This document shows, piece after piece, positions 19,387-29,756 of a stretch of 64,000 nucleotides of DNA. The DNA comes from Bacteroidota bacterium (GTDB lineage Bacteria > Bacteroidota > Ignavibacteria > UBA10030 > UBA8401): contig JBAYJG010000001.1 of the NCBI GenBank assembly GCA_041665225.1, positions 2,032 to 66,031 of the forward strand, in the 5' to 3' direction. The position numbers and the translations under genes are program-made. The notes under the pieces were generated by a model that ran no database searches, was not told the DNA's origin, and worked only from the letters and a program-made list of their open reading frames with translations. How positions within the stretch are numbered: position 1 is the first letter of the stretch; every line of letters begins with the position of its first letter.

Positions 19387-21624
19387 ATGAAAAATATATC
19401 TGTTCTGGCTGTAGGGTTTGTTCTTGTGTCTTCGCTATTGCACGGCGAAGAAAGAAACGTTCCTCTCATCCCTTTACCGAAACAGATTGAATGGTTGCAT
19501 GGAACGTTCACTTTCTCCCAAAACACACCCATTGTTGATTCGACCGGAGTATTATCAAAATACTTTATTGAACAGGTTGAAAAATACTCCGGCATATCGT
19601 TTCACTCCGATCTCACTTCCGATGTTCATCAAAGAATTATCCTTCGAATCGATACGAGGCTCGATTCAATAAACAAGGAAGCATATACACTGTCTGTTTC
19701 TGAGAGTACTGTTGAAATTATCGGGGCGGCTGATGCCGGATTAATGAGAGGAATGCAGACCTTCTTTCAACTCATCCCGTCTTCAGTGAAAAGCAACAAA
19801 ACAAGCGCGGAAGTTCAGATTCCATGCGTTGCCATAATTGATAAACCAGTGTTTGCCTGGCGCGGTCTCAATCTTGATTGTGCCCGCCATTTTATGACAA
19901 AAGACTTCTTGAAACGGTACATCGATATTTTGGCGTACTATAAATTCAATACACTACACTGGCATTTAACGGACGACCAGGGATGGCGAATTGAAATTCT
20001 GAAATATCCGAAATTGACGGAGGTGGGTGCGCGACGAAGAGAAGGGGATGGTTCGATGTATGGCGGATTTTATACGCAGGATGATATTAAGGAAATAGTG
20101 GCATACGCCCAAAGCAGAAATATTACTATCGTCCCGGAAATAGAAATGCCCGGACACTCAACGGCTTCCCTTGCTTCTTATCCTGAAAACTCCTGCACCG
20201 GCGGACCTTTTGAAGTAACAAATATGTGGGGTGTGCATAAAGATATTTATTGCGCAGGGAAGGATTCTACATTCATTTTCCTTCAAAATATTTTAGATGA
20301 AGTAACGGCACTGTTTCCTGGCAGATATGTTCACATTGGCGGTGATGAAGCGCCGAAAGACCGCTGGAAAGAATGTTCGAGCTGCCAGGCGAGGATCGTG
20401 GCGGAAGGTCTCAAGGATGAGCACGAACTTCAAAGCTATTTCATCCAAAGGATTTCAAACTACCTCCATTCAAAGGGAAAGGAAGTTATTGGCTGGGATG
20501 AAATACTACAGGGTGGCCTTGCTCCGGGTGTCATTGTCCAATCGTGGCAGGATTTCCAGGGAGCAATAAAGGCTGCTAAACTTGGACACTATACAATTTG
20601 TTCACCTGCATCGCACACATATCTGGATCACGATGCTGATGATCTTGACCTGCGGATTGTCTATTCATTCCAACCGGCGCCGGATGATTTAACCGCCGAA
20701 GAAAAAAAATATGTGCTGGGAAGCGAAGTAAACTTATGGACGGAACACGCGCCGCAGGAAAAGGTGGATGATAAATTATTTCCGCGCATGCTTGCGTTAT
20801 CCGAAGTATTCTGGAAAGATCCGCACAATAATAATTATGATGAATTCTATTCCCGGGTTCAGGAAGCCTACAAAGATATGGCTGCTTTGGGAATCCGATA
20901 CGGACGGGAATCGAAAGTCATTACCCCGACAACGACGTACGATCATTCCAAAAAGGAATTTACCGTTGGAATCCTTCAAGGTCAAAAAGGAATAACCATT
21001 CGGTATACACTCAACGGTAAAGATCCGGATGCTTCAGCAGCGGTGTATAGCACGCCGATTACGGTGAAGCAATCTGCTTCAGTGAAGGTTGCCGCGTTTA
21101 AGGATGATCATCCCATTGGAAAACAGTATACGCTTTCGTTTGATTTTCACAAAGCGCTCAATGCCAAAATCTCATTAGCACATTCATACGATGAGCGATA
21201 TCGTGCAGGGGGAGAATATGGATTGAGCGACGGAGTTCGCGGAACAAATAATCATCGCGATGGATTATGGCAGGGATATGAAGGAGTAGATTTTGAAGGT
21301 GTTATTGATCTGGGAAAAGAAAAAGAAATCGGAAAAGTAACTCCAACATTTCTCTTAAACGCCGGCTCCTGGATATTTCTACCGGTCAAGGTGGAAATAT
21401 CACTCTCCCGAGACAATATACATTTCACCGCAGGCAAGACTGTCGTCAATGATTTCTCGCAAAAGAATTCCGATGTGATTCTTAAAGACTTTCCCGCGAA
21501 GTTTAAAAAGCAAAAAGCCAGATTTATCAGAGTGAGAGCAACGAGCATGAAAAAATGTCCGGAATGGCATCCCGGCGCAGGAGCGCCGGCGTGGATGTTT
21601 ATTGATGAGATTGTTGTTGATTAA
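19387..21624 (+). CDS. GH20 beta-N-acetylhexosaminidase with C-terminal putative carbohydrate-binding domain
   Basis: Signal peptide. HLTDDQGWRIE and HIGGDEA catalytic-region motifs of GH20. C-terminal about 150 aa shared with the second GH29 gene. ATG at 19387 preferred over the GTG at 19375. Confidence 0.8.
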   Translation: MKNISVLAVGFVLVSSLLHGEERNVPLIPLPKQIEWLHGTFTFSQNTPIVDSTGVLSKYFIEQVEKYSGISFHSDLTSDVHQRIILRIDTRLDSINKEAYTLSVSESTVEIIGAADAGLMRGMQTFFQLIPSSVKSNKTSAEVQIPCVAIIDKPVFAWRGLNLDCARHFMTKDFLKRYIDILAYYKFNTLHWHLTDDQGWRIEILKYPKLTEVGARRREGDGSMYGGFYTQDDIKEIVAYAQSRNITIVPEIEMPGHSTASLASYPENSCTGGPFEVTNMWGVHKDIYCAGKDSTFIFLQNILDEVTALFPGRYVHIGGDEAPKDRWKECSSCQARIVAEGLKDEHELQSYFIQRISNYLHSKGKEVIGWDEILQGGLAPGVIVQSWQDFQGAIKAAKLGHYTICSPASHTYLDHDADDLDLRIVYSFQPAPDDLTAEEKKYVLGSEVNLWTEHAPQEKVDDKLFPRMLALSEVFWKDPHNNNYDEFYSRVQEAYKDMAALGIRYGRESKVITPTTTYDHSKKEFTVGILQGQKGITIRYTLNGKDPDASAAVYSTPITVKQSASVKVAAFKDDHPIGKQYTLSFDFHKALNAKISLAHSYDERYRAGGEYGLSDGVRGTNNHRDGLWQGYEGVDFEGVIDLGKEKEIGKVTPTFLLNAGSWIFLPVKVEISLSRDNIHFTAGKTVVNDFSQKNSDVILKDFPAKFKKQKARFIRVRATSMKKCPEWHPGAGAPAWMFIDEIVVD

Positions 21625-21798
21625 AACAGCAGTTGGTTTTTTTTATTAAAAATAGTTTGTGTTGTGCAACCGGGCTGCTTCCTTGTTTTCGGCCAATCGA
21701 AGAATACTGCGATTGTCGGAGGGGAAGAATAAACGATTCTAACTATCAACAATCAGATCTAAACATAAGTCCAAACACTTTAGATATTTTGTGAGAAT

Positions 21799-24642
21799 AT
21801 GATGAAACAGTTTTCGATTGTTTTGATTCCCCTTCTACTCTTTGCGGCAAGGATAGTAAATGCGAAAGAACAAATTCCGTTGAACGGTATATGGCAATTT
21901 GCTATTGATTCGCTTGATCGTGGAATAGATGAACAATGGTTCAATAATAAATTGATGGAAACAGTTTCACTCCCCGGTTCTATGACTGAGAATGGTAAAG
22001 GGAATGACATATCATTGTTGACGCGATGGACGGGGGATATTCTTGATTCATCATATTTCAAATTGCAGCAGTATGAAAACTATCGCCAACCCGGCAATAT
22101 TAAAATACCGTTCTGGCTTCAACCGGAGAAATATTATTCCGGTGCCGCCTGGTATAGAAAAGAAATTATCATTCCCGCCGGCTGGAACGAGAAATCGATT
22201 ACAATATTTTTTGAACGCTGCCATTGGCAGTCCTCCGTGTGGGTCGATAATCGATATATTGGATCAAAAAATGCATTGGGAGCACCGCATATTTATGAAA
22301 TCACCGAAAACTTGACTCCAGGGAAACACACTATTACCGTACGCATGGACAATAGAATACAAGAGATCCAACCCGGTGTGAATTCTTCCAGCATTACCGA
22401 TCATTCGCAAACCAATTGGAATGGGATTGTAGGGAAGATGTTCCTGCAAGCATCGGATAAGATTTATATCCGTTCCATGAAAATATTTTCGGACAAGCAA
22501 CAGAAAAGCGTTTCAGTTAATGTCAGAATAAACAATCGTTCAGGGAAACTGCAAAAAGTGAATCTTGCTGCACAAGCGACAGGCGGAAAACTCCCGTTAA
22601 AGCGACTGAGGAAAGAATATGAACTGATACCGGGCGAAAATGCTATTTCGTTTGACTATGCAATGGGAAATACTCCCCGTTTATGGGATGAATTTTCTCC
22701 TAATCTGTATACCATGGTATGTTCGGTATCAAACAAATTGTATAATGACTCCAAGGAAGAGACATTTGGTCTGAGGTCATTAGCAACGAAAAAGACGCAG
22801 TTTACCGTAAACGACAGATTGATCTATTTGCGCGGTACGCTCGAATGTGCGGTCTTTCCGAAGACAGGGTATCCGCCAACGGATGAAAAAGAGTGGACGC
22901 GAATATTTAAAGTATGTAAAGAGTACGGATTGAATCACATGCGATTCCATTCATGGTGTCCACCTGAAGCGGCATTTACCGCCGCAGATCGGGTCGGGAT
23001 ATACCTGTATGTTGAATGTTCATCATGGGCAAATCAGGGGGCAGCGATCGGAGACGGCAAACCAATTGATCAATTTATCTTCGATGAAAGCGAAAGGATA
23101 GTGGAAGAGTATGGCAATCATCCGTCGTTCTGTTTTCTTGTGTATGGCAATGAACCGGGCGGTGAAAAGCAAAATACCTATCTGACGAAGTTTGTGAGTG
23201 ATTGGAAAAAGAAAGATACTCGCCGTTTGTATTCTTCCGCTTCCGGATGGCCTCAGCTTGATGTCAATGATTTCCATAGTATGTACGAACCGCGTATTCA
23301 ATTGTGGGGTGCGGGACTCAATAGTATTATCAACAGCCAATCGCCAAGTTCAAATTACGATTGGTATAACATCATCAACTGGAGAGGCAAACCGGTAATC
23401 AGTCACGAAATCGGACAATGGTGTGTCTATCCAAAGTATGATGAAATTAAAAAGTATGACGGCGTACTGAAAGCAAAAAACTTTGAAATATTTCAAGAAC
23501 GACTGATTGAAAACGGAATGGGAGATCTTGCAAAATCATTTCTCAATGCGTCCGGAAAATTGCAAGTGTTGTGCTATAAAGCCGAAATTGAAGCAGCGCT
23601 CCGGACCAAAGAGATGGGGGGATTTCAATTACTCGACCTTCACGATTTTCCGGGACAAGGTACCGCTTTGATAGGAGTTCTCGATCCATTCTGGGAATCA
23701 AAAGGATATGTGACGCCTGCCGAATATACACAGTTCTGTAATGCTACTGTTCCGTTGGCCCGATTGTCAAAATATATTTTCAATTCTGCAGAAGATTTTA
23801 AGGCTGCAATTGAAATATCTCATTTCGGCGAGAACACAATACTTGGTGTTACACCGACATGGCAAATTATCGACGCTACCGGTGCCGTGACTGCGAACGG
23901 GCAATTATCTAAAACTGATATTCCCATCGGAAACGGGTTCCGACTGGGTGAAATCCGTTTTCCATTAAATACCATAAAATCACCAGCGATGTACACGATA
24001 AAAGTATCTGTCAACGGATTCGAAAACCATTGGGATTTCTGGGTGTATCCTTATCAAAACCAACCGGTGGCAGGGGAAAAAATAAAAATTGTTCGACAAA
24101 TGGATAGTGCATCGATAGATTTTCTGAGGAATGGCGGTTCAGTTCTTCTTACGCCGGAAAAAGGAAGCATCAAAAAGGAATTCGGCGGAGACGTTGCGGT
24201 CGGTTTTTCCAGTATTTTTTGGAATACGGCGTGGACAAACAAACAACCTCCGCATACGCTCGGTATTCTGTGCGATCCGAAACATCCTTTGTTCAATCAC
24301 TTTCCGACACAGTATCACAGCAATTATCAATGGTGGGATGCGATGAGTCACTCCAATGCAATTTTATTGGATTCACTTGGTGTCAAAATACAGCCGCTGG
24401 TGCGAATCATTGATGATTGGTTTACCAACCGTGCTCTTGGATTGATTGTTGAAGCAAAAGTGGGTAATGGAAAAATTATTATTTCTGGTATTGATCTGTT
24501 TACCGATGCGGAAAAACGTCCTGAAGCACGTCAATTGACTTTCAGCATTTTCAATTACATGCAGAGCACTGCATTCAATCCGACTCAGGAAATATCACTT
24601 CCTGTTGTTACAGGATTGTTTCATTCACCGAAAGAACTATGA
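21799..24642 (+). CDS. GH2-family glycoside hydrolase (beta-galactosidase/beta-mannosidase-like), 947 aa
   Basis: Signal peptide. N-terminal sugar-binding jelly-roll pattern (W.F....................W......VP). TIM-barrel region. Its stop overlaps the next start (ATGA at 24639-24642). Confidence 0.6.
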   Translation: MMKQFSIVLIPLLLFAARIVNAKEQIPLNGIWQFAIDSLDRGIDEQWFNNKLMETVSLPGSMTENGKGNDISLLTRWTGDILDSSYFKLQQYENYRQPGNIKIPFWLQPEKYYSGAAWYRKEIIIPAGWNEKSITIFFERCHWQSSVWVDNRYIGSKNALGAPHIYEITENLTPGKHTITVRMDNRIQEIQPGVNSSSITDHSQTNWNGIVGKMFLQASDKIYIRSMKIFSDKQQKSVSVNVRINNRSGKLQKVNLAAQATGGKLPLKRLRKEYELIPGENAISFDYAMGNTPRLWDEFSPNLYTMVCSVSNKLYNDSKEETFGLRSLATKKTQFTVNDRLIYLRGTLECAVFPKTGYPPTDEKEWTRIFKVCKEYGLNHMRFHSWCPPEAAFTAADRVGIYLYVECSSWANQGAAIGDGKPIDQFIFDESERIVEEYGNHPSFCFLVYGNEPGGEKQNTYLTKFVSDWKKKDTRRLYSSASGWPQLDVNDFHSMYEPRIQLWGAGLNSIINSQSPSSNYDWYNIINWRGKPVISHEIGQWCVYPKYDEIKKYDGVLKAKNFEIFQERLIENGMGDLAKSFLNASGKLQVLCYKAEIEAALRTKEMGGFQLLDLHDFPGQGTALIGVLDPFWESKGYVTPAEYTQFCNATVPLARLSKYIFNSAEDFKAAIEISHFGENTILGVTPTWQIIDATGAVTANGQLSKTDIPIGNGFRLGEIRFPLNTIKSPAMYTIKVSVNGFENHWDFWVYPYQNQPVAGEKIKIVRQMDSASIDFLRNGGSVLLTPEKGSIKKEFGGDVAVGFSSIFWNTAWTNKQPPHTLGILCDPKHPLFNHFPTQYHSNYQWWDAMSHSNAILLDSLGVKIQPLVRIIDDWFTNRALGLIVEAKVGNGKIIISGIDLFTDAEKRPEARQLTFSIFNYMQSTAFNPTQEISLPVVTGLFHSPKEL

Positions 24643-26066
24643 GCGAAACAGAAAAAAAAGAATCTCTGCACGCCGGTGCGGTCGAAATAGAAAAAGCGAT
24701 TAAGGAATATTATCCCGAAACCGATTCATTGGTGGTTAAAAAGCTTGAAGAGTGGAGAGATCTGAAATTCGGTTTGCTGATGCACTGGGCGCCGTCCAGC
24801 CAATGGGGAATTGTTGAATCGTGGTCGCTGTGCTCCGAGGATGAGGATTGGTGCAAACGCAGCATTGAAGATTATACTGAATATAAAAAACAATATGAAG
24901 GATTAAAGAAAACATTCAACCCCGTGAAATTCAATCCGGCGAAGTGGGCGGCAGCAGCAGCTGCAGCGGGAATGAAATATGTGGTGTTTACCACAAAGCA
25001 TCACGACGGATTTTGCATGTACGATTCTCAATTCACAGACTATAAAGTTACCGACGAAGAATGCCCGTTTCACGTAAATCCCAATGCAAATATTGCAAAG
25101 AATGTATTTGATGAATTCAGAAAAAAGAAGTTTTGGGTTGGTGCGTATTTCTCTAAACCCGATTGGCATTCAGACTATTTTTGGTGGAAAAAATTTGCAA
25201 CACCGGATAGAAATGCAAATTACGACATTCAAAAGCATCCCGGACGATGGCAGAAATTTGTTGAGTTCACGCAGAATCAAATTGATGAGCTAATGACAAA
25301 TTACGGGAAAATAGACATTCTTTGGCTGGATGGGTGCTGGGTGAGGAAGTATTCCGCTGCAGAATTGCAAGAAGAAAAGAAACTCGTTGGATATAACAAC
25401 TACCGTGTGCAAAACCAGGACATCAACATGCCGTTGATTGCACAGAATTCACGAAAGAAACAGCCGGGATTAATTGTTGTTGACAGGGCTGTTCCCGGTC
25501 CGCAACAAAACTATCTTACACCGGAAAATCAAGTGCCGGACAAAACACTCCCATATCCATGGGAAACCTGCATGCCGATAACACCCAGCTGGTCGTATGA
25601 GCCGGGATTGGAATATAAATCTGCAAGAATGTTGATTCATTCTCTCGTCGACATTGTTGCAAAGGGAGGGAACTTCCTTTTAAATATAGCACCGACTGCA
25701 GACGGTGATTATGAACCTGACGCGTATGACCGTTTGAAAAAGATCGGGGAATGGATGAATATAAATGGCGAAGCAATTTATGCTTCGCATCCGGTGGTTC
25801 CATACAAAGAAGGGAAAGTCTGTTTTACGCAATTGAAAAATGGGACAACATATGCCATCTATCTTGTCGACGAGGGTGAAAACACATTCCCCAAAAAATT
25901 GAAGTTCACAAAATACACTCCTCACCCTGGCGCGGAAATAGAAATTCTGGGTATCGGAAAGAAATTGCAGTGGAAAGCTACCGGCAGTGGATGCGAAATT
26001 GAAATACCGGATTCACTGGCAAAAAAACTCCCCAATATCAATGCGTGGACATTGAAGATACAATAA
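24639..26066 (+). CDS. GH29 alpha-L-fucosidase (no signal peptide)
   Basis: VVFTTKHHDGFCMYDS motif is the GH29 hallmark. Translationally coupled to the upstream GH2 gene. Confidence 0.8.
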   Translation: MSETEKKESLHAGAVEIEKAIKEYYPETDSLVVKKLEEWRDLKFGLLMHWAPSSQWGIVESWSLCSEDEDWCKRSIEDYTEYKKQYEGLKKTFNPVKFNPAKWAAAAAAAGMKYVVFTTKHHDGFCMYDSQFTDYKVTDEECPFHVNPNANIAKNVFDEFRKKKFWVGAYFSKPDWHSDYFWWKKFATPDRNANYDIQKHPGRWQKFVEFTQNQIDELMTNYGKIDILWLDGCWVRKYSAAELQEEKKLVGYNNYRVQNQDINMPLIAQNSRKKQPGLIVVDRAVPGPQQNYLTPENQVPDKTLPYPWETCMPITPSWSYEPGLEYKSARMLIHSLVDIVAKGGNFLLNIAPTADGDYEPDAYDRLKKIGEWMNINGEAIYASHPVVPYKEGKVCFTQLKNGTTYAIYLVDEGENTFPKKLKFTKYTPHPGAEIEILGIGKKLQWKATGSGCEIEIPDSLAKKLPNINAWTLKIQ

Positions 26067-26133
26067 CTCGTCATAGAGCATACAAAGCACTTTCGCTGTG
26101 ACGTCAATTAATGTGAAAAGAGCTTAGACTACT

Positions 26134-28365
26134 ATGCATGATTATACAAACGGTTATGTATTCCTGCTTGCAGTACAATTCCTCACCGCAATTTGCCAAG
26201 GCCAATACTCTCGGGGCAACTATGTTGTTGTTGACTCTGCAGATACTCAAGAAGAAATTATCCGGAAAGCTGCTCATGTTACGCCGTCTGAACGACAATA
26301 CGAATGGCAGCAATTAGAATTGACAGGATTTGTTCATTTCGGGATTAATACGTTTGAAGATGTTGAATGGGGACAGCACAGTACCGATATCACAAAATTT
26401 AATCCAGAAAACATAAACGTAAAACAGTGGGTAAAAGTATTTAAAGATGCCGGGTTTAAACTGATCATACTTACCTGCAAACATCATGACGGTTTTTGTT
26501 TATGGCCGAGCAAGTATACTGATTATACAATTGCCCATACTCCTTTTCAAAACGGAAAGGGGGATATCGTAAGAGATCTTTCAAAAGCGTGCTCCGATGC
26601 AGGGATAAGGTTCGGTGTGTATTTATCCCCATGGGATATGCATGAAGAGAGTTATGGCACCGCTGAATACAACAAGTATTTTTTGAATCAGCTGACTGAA
26701 TTATTGACGAACTATGGAGAAATATCCGAAGTGTGGTTTGATGGTGCGAATGGTGAAGGCCCAAACGGAAAGAAACAAATATATGATTGGCAGGCGTACT
26801 ATCAATTGATCCGGCAACTGCAGTCAAAAGCTGTTATCGCAGTTTCCGGACCGGATATTCGATGGGTTGGAACAGAATCCGGATACGGCCGCGCGACAGA
26901 ATGGAGCGTTCTTCCGGGCTCGAGTACGAACCAGGATGCAATTGCGGCACGCTCGCAGCAGCAAATGTTGGACGGCGCATTTATCCCGCACGATTTAATG
27001 GATGAAGATCTGGGAAGCCGCGATAAATTGCAATACGCTTCGTCATTGGTTTGGTATCCTGCAGAAATCGATGTTTCAATACGTCCAAGGTGGTTCTATA
27101 GCCAGGGCGATGACGAATTGGTAAAGACTCCTGAAAAGCTCGTCGATATTTATTATCACTCGGTGGGCATGAACGGAGTCTTGCTTCTCAATATTCCTCC
27201 CGATAAGAAAGGATTGATCCATGAAACAGATGTGAAAAATCTTCAAGGGATGAGATACATTCTTGACGAAACATTGAAGGAGAATTTAGCTCAAAACAGT
27301 ATGATAGGAGCATCATGTGAGAAGAAAGGCAATGACGTCCGTTTTATTCTTGATGGTGATGTGAAAACCTATTGGGCTGCCGAAGAAGGGAATACTTCGG
27401 CAACAATAGAACTATTATTACATACACCGCAAACTGTCAATTGTGCAATGCTGCAAGAGAATATCCTTGTAGGACAGCGAATTGAGAAATTTCATTTGGA
27501 TTGGTGGAACGAACATCAATGGGAAAAACTTGTTGAAGGCACAACGGTTGGGTACAAACGGTTAATGAGATTTCCCGAAGTAACGACGGGCAAAATTAGA
27601 ATTGTTATTGACAGCAGCAGAATGAATCCTACGCTTGCCTCATTCGGTGTATATGCAGCGCCGCCGGAAATTCAATTTGAATCCACTGCAGACACTTTTG
27701 CAGACAGTATCAACATAACATTAACGTCAAATAGCCCCGGAGGAGAAATATTGTATACACTGGATGGAAGTATTCCTCATGAGAATTCCAAAAAGTATAC
27801 GGATCAGTTTTGGCTGCATAAGACAACGACAGTAACATGCGTTGCAATTTCAAAAAGCGAAAAAAAGAGCTTGCCGCAGTCACTGTCGGTACACAAAGCG
27901 AAATATACAATAATCCACAATCATCCATTCAGTGACAAATACCCCGGCGGAGGAGCGCTCGCATTGGTGAACGGCGTAACAGGAAGTGACAATTTTAACG
28001 ATGGCCGATGGCAGGGGTACGATGGATCCGATTTTGATGTTGTGATTGATCTCGGCAAGGCAAAAAAGATCAACAAGATCTCTTCGGGATTTCTGAGAGA
28101 CATCAATTCCTTTATCTTCCTACCGGAATCTGTTGAGTTTTATGTTTCGGATAATAACAAGGATTATAGATTGCTCAAAGAAATGAAAAATGAAATTCAG
28201 CAAAACAACAAACCAGCTCTAAGAAAAGCATTTGAAATCACACAGAAAAATATTACCGGCAGATATATCCGGGTGAAAGCAAAAAATATCGGTGTTTGCC
28301 CTTCATGGCATAAAGGGGCAGGTGAGAAAGCGTGGCTGTTTTGTGATGAGATTATTGTAGACTGA
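26134..28365 (+). CDS. GH29 alpha-L-fucosidase with F5/8-type C (discoidin) domain and shared C-terminal domain
   Basis: LTCKHHDGFCLWPS motif. Central discoidin-like segment (GDVKTYWAAEEGNTSATIEL). C-terminal about 150 aa homologous to the GH20 C-terminus. Confidence 0.8.
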   Translation: MHDYTNGYVFLLAVQFLTAICQGQYSRGNYVVVDSADTQEEIIRKAAHVTPSERQYEWQQLELTGFVHFGINTFEDVEWGQHSTDITKFNPENINVKQWVKVFKDAGFKLIILTCKHHDGFCLWPSKYTDYTIAHTPFQNGKGDIVRDLSKACSDAGIRFGVYLSPWDMHEESYGTAEYNKYFLNQLTELLTNYGEISEVWFDGANGEGPNGKKQIYDWQAYYQLIRQLQSKAVIAVSGPDIRWVGTESGYGRATEWSVLPGSSTNQDAIAARSQQQMLDGAFIPHDLMDEDLGSRDKLQYASSLVWYPAEIDVSIRPRWFYSQGDDELVKTPEKLVDIYYHSVGMNGVLLLNIPPDKKGLIHETDVKNLQGMRYILDETLKENLAQNSMIGASCEKKGNDVRFILDGDVKTYWAAEEGNTSATIELLLHTPQTVNCAMLQENILVGQRIEKFHLDWWNEHQWEKLVEGTTVGYKRLMRFPEVTTGKIRIVIDSSRMNPTLASFGVYAAPPEIQFESTADTFADSINITLTSNSPGGEILYTLDGSIPHENSKKYTDQFWLHKTTTVTCVAISKSEKKSLPQSLSVHKAKYTIIHNHPFSDKYPGGGALALVNGVTGSDNFNDGRWQGYDGSDFDVVIDLGKAKKINKISSGFLRDINSFIFLPESVEFYVSDNNKDYRLLKEMKNEIQQNNKPALRKAFEITQKNITGRYIRVKAKNIGVCPSWHKGAGEKAWLFCDEIIVD

Positions 28366-28466
28366 AAATATGAGGAATACTACAAAGACGATGTATTTAA
28401 TCACTGAAGTTACGCAGAATGATATTTTTATCATAAAATGGTTCGACGCGGCGCAGTAACGGTAGT

Positions 28467-28581
28467 CATCCTGAACAAATCCTTTGATGTTTGTTCCGAA
28501 GGAATCCCTTCGGGAAAGGATGCGTCGCCCAAAGGGACCCCTTTCCCAACGGGACCACTTTGTGGTGGGGGAAGGATGACT
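28467..28581 (+). repeat. structured intergenic element: nested hairpins bounded by a 7-bp inverted repeat GTCATCC/GGATGAC
   Basis: Seen directly. Inner hairpins gttccgaagg/ccttcgggaa and aaaggg/cccttt. The core tcccttcgggaagga is shared with the copy at 41910-41995. Confidence 0.4.
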
Positions 28582-28663
28582 TCAATACTTTAACCTGCGC
28601 CTTGCTCACCATGACTGATTTACTTGTTTTGCGTAACATCAGTTAATCACTAACAATCGTTCG

Positions 28664-29716
28664 ATGAACTATTCTTTCGCCCTTTTACTTTATCTCGTTG
28701 GAAGTAGTATTCCGATCTATCCACAGCAGCACCTTTCTGCCGATGTCCAATTCGTTTCAAACACTTCAATCTTTCCGCAAGGAACATTCGCCGCTTGCCA
28801 TGCCAGCACCATTGTTGAAGTCGCACCGGGAGTTATGATGGCTGCATGGTTTGCCGGTTCGTACGAAGGTGCAAACGATGTCGGTATTTGGATTTCCTCT
28901 TTTCAGGATAATCAGTGGAGTAACCCCGTAGAAATTGTTACAGGGAAGGATTCAGTTGGTACACGACAAGCATGCTGGAATCCTGTTCTTTTTAAATCCA
29001 AAAAAAATACGCTGTTTCTCTTTTATAAGGTCGGCTTGAATCCGCGCGAGTGGAGGGGGATGGTCGTCCAATCGTTCGATAATGGAGACCATTGGACACA
29101 TCCGCAGGAATTACCCAAAGGATTTCTTGGTCCTATAAAAAATAAGCCAATTCAGCTTTCGAACGGTGATATTCTTTGTCCTTCGAGTGTTGAAAGTATT
29201 GATGCGAAGAACTGGACGGTGCATCTTGAGATCACGAATGAAAAACTCTCTTCGTGGAAAAAAGTATTCATTGAATCCGACAGTACTGTTGGAGTTATTC
29301 AACCTAGTATCATTACGCATCCTGACGGCAAATTACAAATGCTCTGCCGCAGCCGGCAAAACGAGATTTATAACACCTGGTCTGCGGATAATGGTGTGCA
29401 TTGGAGTGCCGTTCAACCGTTATCGTTGCCTAATCCCAATTCCGGAATCGATGAGGTATCGCTGGCGGACGGATCGTTCATGCTCGTGTACAATCCATTA
29501 ACGCAGGGAAACGACTGGTATTTTGGGAGGAATGTTCTTCGCGTTGCTGTCTCGTTGAATGGTGAGGATTGGAAGGACATATGTCAACTTGAAAATGAAA
29601 AAGAAGGGGAGTTTAGTTATCCCGCTATAATCCAAGCTGCAGATAATACCATACACATAACATATACAGCACAGAGACAAAATATTAAACACGTGATTTT
29701 ACGATTAATCGAGTGA
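28664..29716 (+). CDS. BNR-repeat-like / sialidase (GH33-like) family protein
   Basis: Signal peptide. WFAGSYEG...DVGIW pattern and repeated SxDxGxxW-like elements (FDNGDHW, SADNGVHW), as in bacterial exo-alpha-sialidase / BNR_2 proteins. Confidence 0.55.
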   Translation: MNYSFALLLYLVGSSIPIYPQQHLSADVQFVSNTSIFPQGTFAACHASTIVEVAPGVMMAAWFAGSYEGANDVGIWISSFQDNQWSNPVEIVTGKDSVGTRQACWNPVLFKSKKNTLFLFYKVGLNPREWRGMVVQSFDNGDHWTHPQELPKGFLGPIKNKPIQLSNGDILCPSSVESIDAKNWTVHLEITNEKLSSWKKVFIESDSTVGVIQPSIITHPDGKLQMLCRSRQNEIYNTWSADNGVHWSAVQPLSLPNPNSGIDEVSLADGSFMLVYNPLTQGNDWYFGRNVLRVAVSLNGEDWKDICQLENEKEGEFSYPAIIQAADNTIHITYTAQRQNIKHVILRLIE

Positions 29717-29756
29717 CCCTCCAAAAAATTTAAAAACGATCCAATGTAATCTCTCT

